The notes beneath the pieces were generated by a model. It did not search any database. It was not told the DNA's origin and worked only from the letters and a program-made list of their open reading frames with translations. 49,295 nucleotides of DNA from an uncultured Dehalococcoidales bacterium (lineage in GTDB: Bacteria > Chloroflexota > Dehalococcoidia > Dehalococcoidales > E44-bin46). The stretch's first letter is position 1; each line of letters opens with the position of its first letter. Where the stretch lies: positions 1-49,295 of the forward strand of contig CAZCAS010000001.1 in NCBI GenBank assembly GCA_964496725.1, read 5' to 3'. Positions 1 through 9,452 of the stretch are shown piece by piece. The position numbers were made by a program, and so were the translations under genes.

Positions 1-894
1 ATTTATATGACCATCATCACCATATCCACTGTAGGGTATGGTGAGGTTCACCCACTCACCAGCGGAGGGCGGATTTTCAGCATCTTCCTGATTGCGGGTG
101 GTGTTGGTGGGGGGCTATTTGTCTTAACCGCCTTTATCCAGTATGTAATAGAGGGAAGATTGCGCACCGAATTATGGAGGCGACAAATGAAAGGTAAAAT
201 AGCCAAACTAAAAGACCACTTTATTCTCTGCGGCTATGGCAAAGTAGGAGAGGAGGTAGCCCACACCTTTACCGAGGAAGGTATCCCCTTTGTCATTATT
301 GATAGCCGCCCTGATAATATTGCCATGGCTGAAGAAGAGGGTTACCTATGCCTGCTTGGCGACGCTACCAGTGACAAATTGCTAACAGAGGCTGGCGTTG
401 AAAAAGCCAGGGGTCTGGTAGCCGCCGTGGGCAGTGACGCTGATAATACCTACATTACTCTATCGGCTCGGGGGCTGCGCCCCGACCTATTTATTGAGGC
501 TCGAGCCAGCGGCAAGGAGGTAGAGTCAAAGCTAAAGAGGGCTGGAGCTGACCGGGTGGTCTCTCCCAATACCATTGGTGCCCGGCGTATGGCAATGCTC
601 GCCCTGCGCCCGGCAGTAGTTGATTTTATTGACACAGTAACCTATCGCCGCGGGCAAGAACTACTCATGGAAAATATAATCATAAAGAGCGACTCGCCAC
701 TGGCCGGGGTAACTATCGAAACCATTAACCAGCAGGTTAAAACTGTCATCCTGGCAATAAGCAAGAAAAGCGGCAAACTCCTGACTAGCCCACCCGGTGA
801 TACCACTATAGAGGTTGGGGACCGCCTCATCATCATGGGTACCCCCAAGGAACTGACCGCTTTGGAATGTTACTGCGAAGGAGGTCAACCATAA
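1..894 (+). CDS. Potassium channel protein with RCK (TrkA-N/TrkA-C) domains, 5' partial
   Basis: The frame is open to the window edge. K+ selectivity filter TVGYG sits near the N-terminus of the visible part. A Rossmann-type ILCGYGKVG is followed by a TrkA-C-like C-terminus. TAA stop at 892-894. Confidence 0.85.
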   Translation: MYMTIITISTVGYGEVHPLTSGGRIFSIFLIAGGVGGGLFVLTAFIQYVIEGRLRTELWRRQMKGKIAKLKDHFILCGYGKVGEEVAHTFTEEGIPFVIIDSRPDNIAMAEEEGYLCLLGDATSDKLLTEAGVEKARGLVAAVGSDADNTYITLSARGLRPDLFIEARASGKEVESKLKRAGADRVVSPNTIGARRMAMLALRPAVVDFIDTVTYRRGQELLMENIIIKSDSPLAGVTIETINQQVKTVILAISKKSGKLLTSPPGDTTIEVGDRLIIMGTPKELTALECYCEGGQP

Positions 895-1928
895 TGAGCA
901 AGGTAGGCATCATCAATGTTACCGGTTACGCGGGTGTTGAGCTAGCCCGACTGCTACACCAGCACCCAGAGGTAGAGCTCATTTCAGTCACCGGACGCAG
1001 TGCTGCTGGGCAGAGGCTAGACCAGGTCTTCCCCCACTTAAGCGGCATAAACCTGACGATTGAAGCTGAGCTGGGGAAGGTAGAGGTGGCTTTCTCTGCT
1101 ATGCCACACCAGGCAAGCGCCAAGGAGGTGGTACCGCTGCTCAACCAGGGCATCAAGGTAGTAGACATCAGCGCCGATTTCAGGCTGAAGGATGCCGCCG
1201 ACTATGAGCGCTGGTATGATTTCACTCACCCCACCCCGCAACTACTTGACAAAGCAGTATATGGCCTGCCTGAGTTATACCGCTCTCAGGTTGCCTCCGC
1301 CCAACTGGTAGCCAATCCGGGCTGCTACCCGACAGGGGCTATTCTGGCCCTCGCCCCAGCGGTCAAAGAGGGGATAATTGAGCCTGATATCATCATCGAT
1401 AGTAAATCGGGGGTATCTGGAGCAGGGAGAACCCTCAGCCTGAAAACCCACTTCTCCGAAGTCAATGAGGATGCTGCCGCTTATGCCCTGGAGGGGCACC
1501 GACATCTGCCCGAGATTGCGCAGGAGCTGAATCTGCTCTCCCCAAGGCAAACGCTTGCCGTAACCTTTGTTCCCCACCTGATACCGATGACAAGAGGGAT
1601 TCTGACCACCTGCTACGCCTCGGTAGCCTCCGGAAAGATATCCGTTGACCAGAAGGGAGGGAAAAAGCTACTTCAGCTCTATCGGGACTTTTACAAGGAT
1701 GAGCCATTCGTCAGGGTGGTTGAGTCTCCACCCCACACCAAGCATACCTGGGGTAACAACTTCTGCCTCGTTCACCCCACCATTGACACCAGAACGGGGA
1801 GGCTGGTGGTTATCAGCGCCATAGATAATCTGGTCAAGGGGGCAGCGGGGCAGGCTGTCCAGAATATGAATCTGATGCTGGGCTTATCTGAAACCACCGG
1901 GCTTGAGGAGTTGGCAATTTATCCCTGA
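894..1928 (+). CDS. argC: N-acetyl-gamma-glutamyl-phosphate reductase
   Basis: N-terminal GIINVTGYAGVEL NAD-binding motif and catalytic ANPGCYPT motif. The ATG at 894 overlaps the upstream stop (TAATG) and a GGAGG lies about 10 nt upstream. The longer ORF start at 867 falls inside the upstream gene. Confidence 0.93.
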   Translation: MSKVGIINVTGYAGVELARLLHQHPEVELISVTGRSAAGQRLDQVFPHLSGINLTIEAELGKVEVAFSAMPHQASAKEVVPLLNQGIKVVDISADFRLKDAADYERWYDFTHPTPQLLDKAVYGLPELYRSQVASAQLVANPGCYPTGAILALAPAVKEGIIEPDIIIDSKSGVSGAGRTLSLKTHFSEVNEDAAAYALEGHRHLPEIAQELNLLSPRQTLAVTFVPHLIPMTRGILTTCYASVASGKISVDQKGGKKLLQLYRDFYKDEPFVRVVESPPHTKHTWGNNFCLVHPTIDTRTGRLVVISAIDNLVKGAAGQAVQNMNLMLGLSETTGLEELAIYP

Positions 1929-1975
1929 GCTCCTCTACACACCCGCTATATTGCTAACTGAGGTAAAACTGGCTT

Positions 1976-2311
1976 TCACATTGCCATGAACTCGCTGATA
2001 TCCAAACTAAACTCCTGCCCATCTGTTACAACCAAGCCCCTCTTTGTCGCAATATATTTGAGTTCACTCAAATTGACTTGAGGAGGTATAACGTTTAAGA
2101 CTACCCTCTTCCCCAGCGGTATCACACGATCCTTCTCTTCAGGCTTTTGAACAAATTCTCCCCTCATGCTATCAAAGGCCCAGGCATGCCCTTTTACCCG
2201 AACCGTACTCTCCCCACACCTTATTACTTCCCCAATAAAGTGGCGACGTAGGTCCTCTGCAGAGTAACGCCGCTCAATGATATGTACTTTTTCTCCAATA
2301 TCAAGAATCAT
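1976..2311 (-). CDS. Hypothetical protein (111 aa), no family recognised
   Basis: Clean ORF with protein-like composition, an AGGGG about 6 nt before the ATG, and no competing ORF. I recognise no motifs. Confidence 0.5.
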   Translation of the reverse strand: MILDIGEKVHIIERRYSAEDLRRHFIGEVIRCGESTVRVKGHAWAFDSMRGEFVQKPEEKDRVIPLGKRVVLNVIPPQVNLSELKYIATKRGLVVTDGQEFSLDISEFMAM

Positions 2312-2621
2312 GGCCCCTGTCTAAAGCTAACAAAATCCCAACTGCCTATCTACGCCAACCAAAGCGCTTCAAGCCCCACTTACATTGTCATCCACCGAAC
2401 GAGGGCATTACAATCCCTTATAAGTACCTCGCCGATAGTCAATTAGTACTGTTACTGCCCAGATATAAAGCTGAGGTACGCGAAGCCTGAGAAGTTTGAG
2501 GGTAGCCCAAGATTGTATCAGGAGATGGCGATATAAGTGCTGTCTGCTCACAAGCGCGAGCAGATGACCAACCCACCACAATATTGCCTCCCACCTGTGC
2601 CTCTGCTATGCTTGGGCCATA

Positions 2622-3902
2622 GTGAGCAAGGCAACAAGCACTACCAGCACCGATGTCAGTCCTGAGGGGTTCGCCCCTATCGACTACGTCAAGATTACCA
2701 TCTTCGGCTTCGCCATGACTGCTTTGTGGAGCAGCCTTCACGGCATCATCCTGCCGCTGCGCTTATTAGACTTTGTCGCCGAGGCGCAGAAGAATACCTA
2801 CCTCGGGATTCTCACCGCTACCGGCTTGCTCCTGGCTATAGCTACTCAGCCCATAGCGGGGGCATTCAGCGACCGCGCCAGCTTCAGGTGGGGACGGCGA
2901 AGACCCTTCATCCTCATCGGCGCCGTAGTTACACTATCGCTTCTGCCCGGGATAGGCCTTGCCCGCAGCTGTGTCGCCCTTTTCGCCATCTATTACCTAC
3001 TCCAGGTCGGCTCCAATGCGGCACTGGGGCCGTATCAAGCCTTTATCCCTGACCTAGTGCCTGAAGATAAGAAAGGGCGAGCATCAGGGGTGAAGGGGCT
3101 GCTGGAGATAGTGGGCGGGGTTACCTTCATCTGGCTGGTCGGCCACCTGATGACCAACTACTCCACTGGACAGGGAAGCTGGTGGCTATGGCTGAGTCTG
3201 GGGATACTGGGAGCAGTTTCCCTCGGCACCATGATTGGGACGGTACTGACCGTTAAGGAGCAGACGGGGACCGGTGGCACCAGATTGTCCTTACTGCCTA
3301 CTCTGCGCAAAAGCTTCAAGATTGATGTCGAGGCCACCCCTGATTTCAGGCGTTTCCTAGTATCCCGCCTCCTCTTCGTTCTCCCGCTGACTACTTTTAT
3401 GACCTTTGGTCTGTATTTCTTTAAGGATGTCGTCGGTGTAGCCGACCCATCGGCAGTGATGGGCGACTTTGCCCTGGTAACCGGCGGTTGCATGGCAGGT
3501 GCGGTCTATCCCGCCGGGCGCCTCTCCGACAGGTTGGGGAGAAGGCCGGTAGCCTTCGTTTCCGGGCTTATTGGCGCTTTAGGGATTGGGCTACTGTTCT
3601 TCCTCCACAGCTACCATCCTATGCTATTCGCCGCCAGTCTCCTCGGAATCGGCTTGGGGGGTCTCATGGGCAGTAACTGGGCTCTGGCAGTGGACCTAGT
3701 ACCCAGAGATGAAGCGGCAAGATACCTCGGCCTGACCAATCTGGCTACGGCCGGTGGCTCTATCCTTGCCCGCCTCCAGGGACCGATGATTGACTTCGCT
3801 AACGCTTATAGCGCCGGGTTGGGCTATACCGTCATGCTCTGGATTAGTTTTGGCTCTCTTATTGCCAGTTCAATGTTGTTAAGGGGTATTAGGGTAAGGT
3901 AA
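2622..3902 (+). CDS. MFS transporter
   Basis: 426 aa with about 12 predicted hydrophobic helices. It has the MFS-like loop motif DRxxxRWGRRRPF between TM2 and TM3. GTG start. Confidence 0.8.
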   Translation: MSKATSTTSTDVSPEGFAPIDYVKITIFGFAMTALWSSLHGIILPLRLLDFVAEAQKNTYLGILTATGLLLAIATQPIAGAFSDRASFRWGRRRPFILIGAVVTLSLLPGIGLARSCVALFAIYYLLQVGSNAALGPYQAFIPDLVPEDKKGRASGVKGLLEIVGGVTFIWLVGHLMTNYSTGQGSWWLWLSLGILGAVSLGTMIGTVLTVKEQTGTGGTRLSLLPTLRKSFKIDVEATPDFRRFLVSRLLFVLPLTTFMTFGLYFFKDVVGVADPSAVMGDFALVTGGCMAGAVYPAGRLSDRLGRRPVAFVSGLIGALGIGLLFFLHSYHPMLFAASLLGIGLGGLMGSNWALAVDLVPRDEAARYLGLTNLATAGGSILARLQGPMIDFANAYSAGLGYTVMLWISFGSLIASSMLLRGIRVR

Positions 3903-4484
3903 GGGCATCCACTCGGGTAACTGTACCCACCCGGCACCGAAAGCAGCCATAATGAAATAGGCTAAGCTCCTACCCGCCAGGCATAGCAGAAAAAACTTCC
4001 ATAATGGGTAACGAAGGGCACCAGCAGCTATCCCAGTCAGGTCGTAGGGGAAAAGGGGCACCAGATTAAAGCCAAAGATGATAGGAGCCCCCCACCTCTT
4101 CACCCAGCGCTCCGCCCTGGCATATCCCTTTCGTCGCTGCAAGATTCCGCGTCCGCCATACCCCGCCATATAGCCGGTTAGCTCCCCAATAGTGGCCCCT
4201 GCCCCACCAGCCAACCCCAACAGGGGCGGGAAGAAAATAGACCCCAGTGGATAATATATCCAGAAACTGGGAATAGGGAAAAGAACAGTGGAGTTCCAGA
4301 TAAGACTGACGAGGAAGACGCCGGGATAGCCATAATATTCAAGATATTCAAGTTGGGCAATGCTGGCGAGCTTGCCCTGATAATAGAGGGCACCGATGAC
4401 AACTGAGACGGCGATGACAAAGCACAGGGCTATTATGGGAACAGCTTTCCCTCTCAGCTTATCACGACCGAATATGGTGCGCAT
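3879..4484 (-). CDS. TVP38/TMEM64 (DedA superfamily) membrane protein
   Basis: 201 aa polytopic protein. The C-terminal half (NLVPLFPYDLTGIAAGALRYPLWKFF) resembles the VTT/SNARE-associated domain. The 3' end overlaps the MFS gene by 24 nt in convergent orientation. Confidence 0.65.
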   Translation of the reverse strand: MRTIFGRDKLRGKAVPIIALCFVIAVSVVIGALYYQGKLASIAQLEYLEYYGYPGVFLVSLIWNSTVLFPIPSFWIYYPLGSIFFPPLLGLAGGAGATIGELTGYMAGYGGRGILQRRKGYARAERWVKRWGAPIIFGFNLVPLFPYDLTGIAAGALRYPLWKFFLLCLAGRSLAYFIMAAFGAGWVQLPEWMPLPYPNTP

Positions 4485-4579
4485 TTGCCCTATATAGTAG
4501 CATATTTAAAGGAGAGAACTGAAAAATAGCGACTAAGAAGAAACGGGTCGTTTCAAGGCTAATAAATATCAATACAGCG

Positions 4580-4608
4580 TTGCCCGCCACCACTGTCTCT
4601 GCTATAAT
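4580..4608 (+). promoter_or_regulatory. Sigma70-like promoter for tRNA-Glu (TTGCCC-17 nt-TATAAT)
   Basis: -35 TTGCCC at 4580-4585, a 17-nt spacer, and a perfect -10 TATAAT at 4603-4608, which ends 10 nt before the tRNA 5' end. Confidence 0.5.
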
Positions 4609-4618
4609 TTAGCGGCGT

Positions 4619-4691
4619 GCCCCCATCGTCTAGAGGACTAGGACATCGGCCTTTCAAGCCGGTAACACGGATTCGAATTCCGTTGGGGGCA
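4619..4691 (+). tRNA. tRNA-Glu (anticodon UUC)
   Basis: Hand-folded cloverleaf. Acceptor GCCCCCA/TGGGGGC, anticodon stem TCGGC/GCCGG with loop CTTTCAA, T-arm ACGGA-TTCGAAT-TCCGT. CCA is not encoded. Confidence 0.93.
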
Positions 4692-4692
4692 C

Positions 4693-5166
4693 TCAGAATT
4701 TGCCCTCTAGTTTCTTATAGGTATCCGCCAATGCCTCAGATATCACCTTGGTTTCAGATATTACTGGCATAAAGTTGGTGTCGCCCTGCCACCGGGGGAC
4801 GATATGAGTGTGGACATGCCCCTCCAGGCCCACGCCCGCTACCTTCCCCGTGTTTGCCCCTATGTTGAAGCCGGCGGGTTTAAATGCCTCCCTTAACACC
4901 TTGAGGCTTCGAGCAACTATCTCTATATGCTCGTGAAGCTCCTCACTGTTCAGCCCATCCAGGCTATCTACATGTCGGTAGGGGGCTATCATCAAGTGCC
5001 CCGGGTTGTAGGGATAGGTGTTCATAATGACGAAGTTTTGCCTTCCCCGATACAGGATGTAATTTAGAGCATCATCACTCTGTTTAGGTTTTGCGCACAG
5101 AAAGCACTCCCCCGATTTCTCCATCATAATATATTCCATACGCCACGGCGCCCAAATTTTCTCCAT
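4693..5166 (-). CDS. HIT family hydrolase
   Basis: Histidine triad HVHTHIVPRW and the N-terminal WAPWRMEYI typical of the HIT/Ap4A-phosphorylase-like subgroup. Confidence 0.88.
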   Translation of the reverse strand: MEKIWAPWRMEYIMMEKSGECFLCAKPKQSDDALNYILYRGRQNFVIMNTYPYNPGHLMIAPYRHVDSLDGLNSEELHEHIEIVARSLKVLREAFKPAGFNIGANTGKVAGVGLEGHVHTHIVPRWQGDTNFMPVISETKVISEALADTYKKLEGKF

Positions 5167-5254
5167 TTCTGCTCTCCTTGATTCATTAGTGCTATTTTAG
5201 AGCTTTCGGCGGCGATTGTAAAAATTACGTCTGTACTTTATAGTTACATAAACC

Positions 5255-6040
5255 ATGGAAGATAATAGCTCACCAGAGAATATTATAACCTTTTTAGGGA
5301 CTGGCGGTGCCAGATTTACCGTCATCACCCAGGTCTTAGCTTCAGGCGGCATGTGGCTGAATTTAGACGGCACCGAACTACTCCTCGACCCCGGCCCAGG
5401 TTGTATAGTCCAGTCCACTAAACGGAAGTTGAGAGGCACTAAGCTCAGCGGCATAATCCTCTCCCACCGCCACCTAGACCATTCGGCAGATGTCAACGTC
5501 ATGGTTGAATCCATGACTCAGGGCGGATTCAGGCGGCATGGCCGGCTGTTCGCCCCCGCCGACGCCCTGGGGAGTGAGCCGGTTATCTTCTCCTACCTGA
5601 AAGACTGCCTTGAGGGCATCGAAATTCTACAGGAGGGCAAGTCCTATTCCATAGGCAATATCTCCTTTACCACTCCAGTTCGGCACATACACCCGGTCGA
5701 AACCTACGGCATGGTGTTCACCACCGCTAACCACACCTTCTCCTATATTGCGGACAGCCGCTACTTCGATGGCTTGTGCCAGAGCTACGGGGGCGAGCTA
5801 CTGATTATTAATGTGGTATTTGAAACGCCCAGACCACCCATTGCCCACTTATCGGTGCCTGATGCCAAGCACATTATCGGGGAGTTAAAGCCCAAGGTAG
5901 CCATCCTGACCCACTTTGGTATGACCATATGGCGGGCAAAGCCATGGGAGATAGCCGAGAAGCTGTCTGAGGAGACCGGGGTTAAGGTGATTGCTGCCCG
6001 AGATGGTATGAAGTTCGACCTGACACAATTGGATGTCTGA
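5255..6040 (+). CDS. MBL-fold metallo-hydrolase
   Basis: HxHxDH motif (HRHLDH) and N-terminal FLGTGGA. Overlaps the next gene by 8 nt. Confidence 0.8.
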   Translation: MEDNSSPENIITFLGTGGARFTVITQVLASGGMWLNLDGTELLLDPGPGCIVQSTKRKLRGTKLSGIILSHRHLDHSADVNVMVESMTQGGFRRHGRLFAPADALGSEPVIFSYLKDCLEGIEILQEGKSYSIGNISFTTPVRHIHPVETYGMVFTTANHTFSYIADSRYFDGLCQSYGGELLIINVVFETPRPPIAHLSVPDAKHIIGELKPKVAILTHFGMTIWRAKPWEIAEKLSEETGVKVIAARDGMKFDLTQLDV

Positions 6041-7901
6041 GGAGGAAAGATTGACCCACCTCGATAATATACTAAATCAAGTTATCAAGCCCGCCCGCTA
6101 TACCGGCGGCGAGTGGAATAGCATAGTTAAGGACTGGGACAAGACCCCTATCAAGGTTGCCCTTTCCTACCCGGACCTGTATGAAGTAGGCATGTCCAAT
6201 ATGGCTTTGCCTATCCTGTATGAGATGTTGAACCGCCAGTCCGATGTCCTCGCTGAAAGGGTATATGCCCCGTGGGTGGATATGGCAGAAATAATACGCG
6301 CCAGCGGCACTCCTCTGTTCAGCCTTGAATCCAAGCACCCGCTGAAGGATTTTGATGTTATCGGCTTCTCCCTAGGCTATGAACTCACCTACACCAACGT
6401 ACTGAACATGCTTCATCTAGCCCAAATACCAATGCGAACCTCAGATAGAGACGATTCCCATCCCGTAGTGATAGCCGGTGGTAGCTGTGTCCTTAACCCC
6501 GAGCCAATGGCTGACTTTATTGACTTCTTTATCATCGGGGATGGCGAAGAGATACTGCTGGAGTTGGTTGATAACCTCCGGGATTGGAAACGGCAGGGCA
6601 AGAGAACTGCCAAAGAGGAGCTATTCCGCCAGGTAGCCTCTATCCCCGGCATCTATGTGCCCGGTCTGTATCAGGTAGAGTACCAGGATAACGGTCTATT
6701 TAAAAGCATCACCCCCACTGTAGCCGAGGCTAGCCCCACCATCCGGCGGCGGATAGTGGGCGCGCTCCCTCCTCCGATGACTAAACCGGTTGTCCCCTAC
6801 ATCGAGGTCATCCATGACCGAGGGGCGATAGAGATACAGCGGGGATGCAGTCGTGGCTGCCGCTTTTGCCAGGCTGGCAATATATACCGCCCGGTGCGTG
6901 AGCGTCCCCAAAAAGAGGTGCTCCAGGCAGCAGGGGAGCTTATCGCCAACTGTGGTTACAACGAGATATCCCTTGTCTCATTAAGCACCAGCGACTACAC
7001 CAATATTGATAAGCTTATATTGAGCCTGTTCCATCAATATAAGCACAGTAACCTTACCCTCTCCCTACCCAGTCTCTGCATGGATAGCTTCTCGCTGGAA
7101 CTGATGGATGCCCTCCCCGCAGGTAAAAGGACAGGGCTCACCTTCGCCCCCGAGGCAGGTTGCCGAAGATTGCGGCAGAGCATCAACAAGGATATCGATG
7201 AAGACGCATTCCTAGAGAAGATTGCCGCTGCCTTTGCTCGAGGCTGGACAGGACTCAAGCTATATTTCATGCTCGGCCTGCCCACAGAAACCAATGAAGA
7301 TGTAGAGGGCATAATCCAACTGGCGGATAAAATCGATGCACTAAGTAGGCAGGCTAAAGGGAAAAGGCCTCAGCTAAGAATCAGCCTATCTACCTTCGTG
7401 CCCAAGCCACATACCCCCTTTCAGTGGGTGGCTCAGGAAAGCGAACAGCAGCTAAACCCCAAGCATGAACTCCTTAAGCAAGGATTGCGTCGCAAAGGAA
7501 TCAGGCTATGGTGGCACGACCCTAAAGTCAGCCTGCTAGAGGCAGTATTGTCACGAGGCGATAGGCGACTGGGCAAGGTTATCTATCGCGCCTGGCAACT
7601 GGGCTCAATATTTGATGGCTGGAGCGAGCACTTCAAGTACGAAAATTGGCTGAGCGCCCTTGCTGAGGCTGGCGTTGACCCCGCTTTCTATGCCCAGAGG
7701 GAGCGTTCGTTAGATGAACCCCTGCCCTGGGCTCATATTGACACGGGCATAACTCCAGCCTTCCTGAAGCGGGAATATCAGCGGGCGATAAAGGGCGGAG
7801 AAAAAACCCCTGACTGCCGCCATAAAGATTGCAATGCCTGCGGGCTTGAGCGCTGGCAACCGAATTGCCAGCAAAAACTTAAAGAAACTGGTAGTATATA
7901 A
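6033..7901 (+). CDS. B12-binding-domain radical SAM protein (TIGR03960-like)
   Basis: 622 aa with radical SAM cluster motif CSRGCRFCQAG. The N-terminal region resembles a cobalamin-binding-like domain. Family assignment is from memory of that architecture. Confidence 0.78.
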   Translation: MSEEERLTHLDNILNQVIKPARYTGGEWNSIVKDWDKTPIKVALSYPDLYEVGMSNMALPILYEMLNRQSDVLAERVYAPWVDMAEIIRASGTPLFSLESKHPLKDFDVIGFSLGYELTYTNVLNMLHLAQIPMRTSDRDDSHPVVIAGGSCVLNPEPMADFIDFFIIGDGEEILLELVDNLRDWKRQGKRTAKEELFRQVASIPGIYVPGLYQVEYQDNGLFKSITPTVAEASPTIRRRIVGALPPPMTKPVVPYIEVIHDRGAIEIQRGCSRGCRFCQAGNIYRPVRERPQKEVLQAAGELIANCGYNEISLVSLSTSDYTNIDKLILSLFHQYKHSNLTLSLPSLCMDSFSLELMDALPAGKRTGLTFAPEAGCRRLRQSINKDIDEDAFLEKIAAAFARGWTGLKLYFMLGLPTETNEDVEGIIQLADKIDALSRQAKGKRPQLRISLSTFVPKPHTPFQWVAQESEQQLNPKHELLKQGLRRKGIRLWWHDPKVSLLEAVLSRGDRRLGKVIYRAWQLGSIFDGWSEHFKYENWLSALAEAGVDPAFYAQRERSLDEPLPWAHIDTGITPAFLKREYQRAIKGGEKTPDCRHKDCNACGLERWQPNCQQKLKETGSI

Positions 7902-7902
7902 A

Positions 7903-8580
7903 ATGATTGCCATAATCGACCACGGCGCCGGAAATTTGCGTAGTGTCGCCAATGCCATCACCAACGTGGGTTATCAGCCAACAGTGACCAGCAATCCCGA
8001 CCATATACTTGACGCACCGGCAGTGATTCTGCCTGGCGTTGGTGCCGCCGGGGATATCATGCATAGTTTAAGAAAAACAGGACTGGACAAGGTCGTTAGC
8101 CAACTCATCTCCGAAAGGCATCCCCTCTTTGCTGTCTGCGTCGGCATGCAGGTCCTGTTCTCAGGAACTGAGGAAGGGGGGTGGCATGAATGCCTAGGGA
8201 TAATTCCAGGAGTGGTAAGGCAGCTGCCTCCAGGACTCAAGGTTCCCCATATGGGCTGGAACCAAGTAAAACAGAGAGCAACGCATCCTATTCTTGAGGC
8301 TATCCCAGATGAAGCCAACTTCTACTTCGTTCACAGCTATTATTGTGTCCCCGATGATACCTCGGTTGTGGCAGCCACAACCGAGTACGGAGTGTCTATA
8401 TGTAGTATCCTAATCAAGGGTAATCTGGTAGCCACCCAGTTCCACCCAGAAAAAAGCGGCCGTTACGGGCTGCAGATGTATACCAACTTTCTAGAGATGG
8501 CGAAGGTTAAAAAGCAAGCTAAATGCAGTTTGGCTAAGGTTTTTGACGATGTTAACCAAAAGGATTATCCCGTGCCTTGA
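7903..8580 (+). CDS. hisH: Imidazole glycerol phosphate synthase, glutamine amidotransferase subunit
   Basis: Starts [12 protein letters not shown], with catalytic Cys in [10 protein letters not shown] and FHPEKS near the C-terminus. The ATG at 7903 lies 1 nt after the upstream TAA. The longer ORF start at 7834 is inside the upstream gene. Confidence 0.9.
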   Translation: MIAIIDHGAGNLRSVANAITNVGYQPTVTSNPDHILDAPAVILPGVGAAGDIMHSLRKTGLDKVVSQLISERHPLFAVCVGMQVLFSGTEEGGWHECLGIIPGVVRQLPPGLKVPHMGWNQVKQRATHPILEAIPDEANFYFVHSYYCVPDDTSVVAATTEYGVSICSILIKGNLVATQFHPEKSGRYGLQMYTNFLEMAKVKKQAKCSLAKVFDDVNQKDYPVP

Positions 8581-9349
8581 TGTTACTCAGGGAAGAGTGG
8601 TTAAAGGCACCAGCTTTACCAACCTCCGCGACGCCGGCGACCCGGTCGAACTGGCTGCCTTCTACTACAAGGAGGAGGCTGATGAGCTGGTCTTCCTCGA
8701 TATTGGGGCTACGCCTGAGGGCCGCGATACCATGGTGGATGTGGTGGAACACGTCTCGGAGCAAGTTTTCATCCCCCTCACCGTGGGTGGTGGACTACGC
8801 AACACCGACGATATGAGGCGAATGCTAAAGGCTGGAGCAGATAAGGTCGCTATTAATACCGCTGCCGTGCTCAACCCACAGTTAGTTAGTGAAGGGGCGA
8901 AGAGATTTGGCTCTCAGTGCATAGTGGTAGCTATCGATGCCAAGAGAGTAAGCAACGGTGATGAGCCTAAGTGGGAGGTCTATACCCACGGCGGGCGGAA
9001 GTCAACCGGGCGAGACGCCATAGAGTGGTCAAAGCGGGCGGTTACCCTCGGCGCAGGGGAACTCCTCGTTACCAGCTGGGATGCTGATGGTCATCGGACT
9101 GGATACGACCTGGAGCTGAACCGCACTATCAGTGAGGCGGTGACGGTACCGGTTATTGCCAGCGGGGGCGCCGGCAATCCCGAACACCTCTACCAAGCAC
9201 TGGTCATCGGCAAAGCTGATGCTGTCCTTGCTGCCAGTATCTTTCACTACCGAACCTACTCAATTCGCCAAGTAAAAGATTACCTGGCTCAAAGGGGGAT
9301 TCCGGTAAGGCTGAGCAACGGTACCCCATGGAATGACCAACTAAAATAA
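8549..9349 (+). CDS. hisF: Imidazole glycerol phosphate synthase, cyclase subunit
   Basis: [13 protein letters not shown]-terminus and IASGGAG phosphate-binding motif. The start could be ATG 8549 or TTG 8543. Confidence 0.93.
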   Translation: MLTKRIIPCLDVTQGRVVKGTSFTNLRDAGDPVELAAFYYKEEADELVFLDIGATPEGRDTMVDVVEHVSEQVFIPLTVGGGLRNTDDMRRMLKAGADKVAINTAAVLNPQLVSEGAKRFGSQCIVVAIDAKRVSNGDEPKWEVYTHGGRKSTGRDAIEWSKRAVTLGAGELLVTSWDADGHRTGYDLELNRTISEAVTVPVIASGGAGNPEHLYQALVIGKADAVLAASIFHYRTYSIRQVKDYLAQRGIPVRLSNGTPWNDQLK

Positions 9350-9452
9350 CATCGCGATATTGATGCTGGTAACTATAACCCAGCAACCACTGCGCATACT
9401 CATCTACACTGAATCAAGGCTTATCTTCAGGATGGCCAGGAAGAACAATCCC

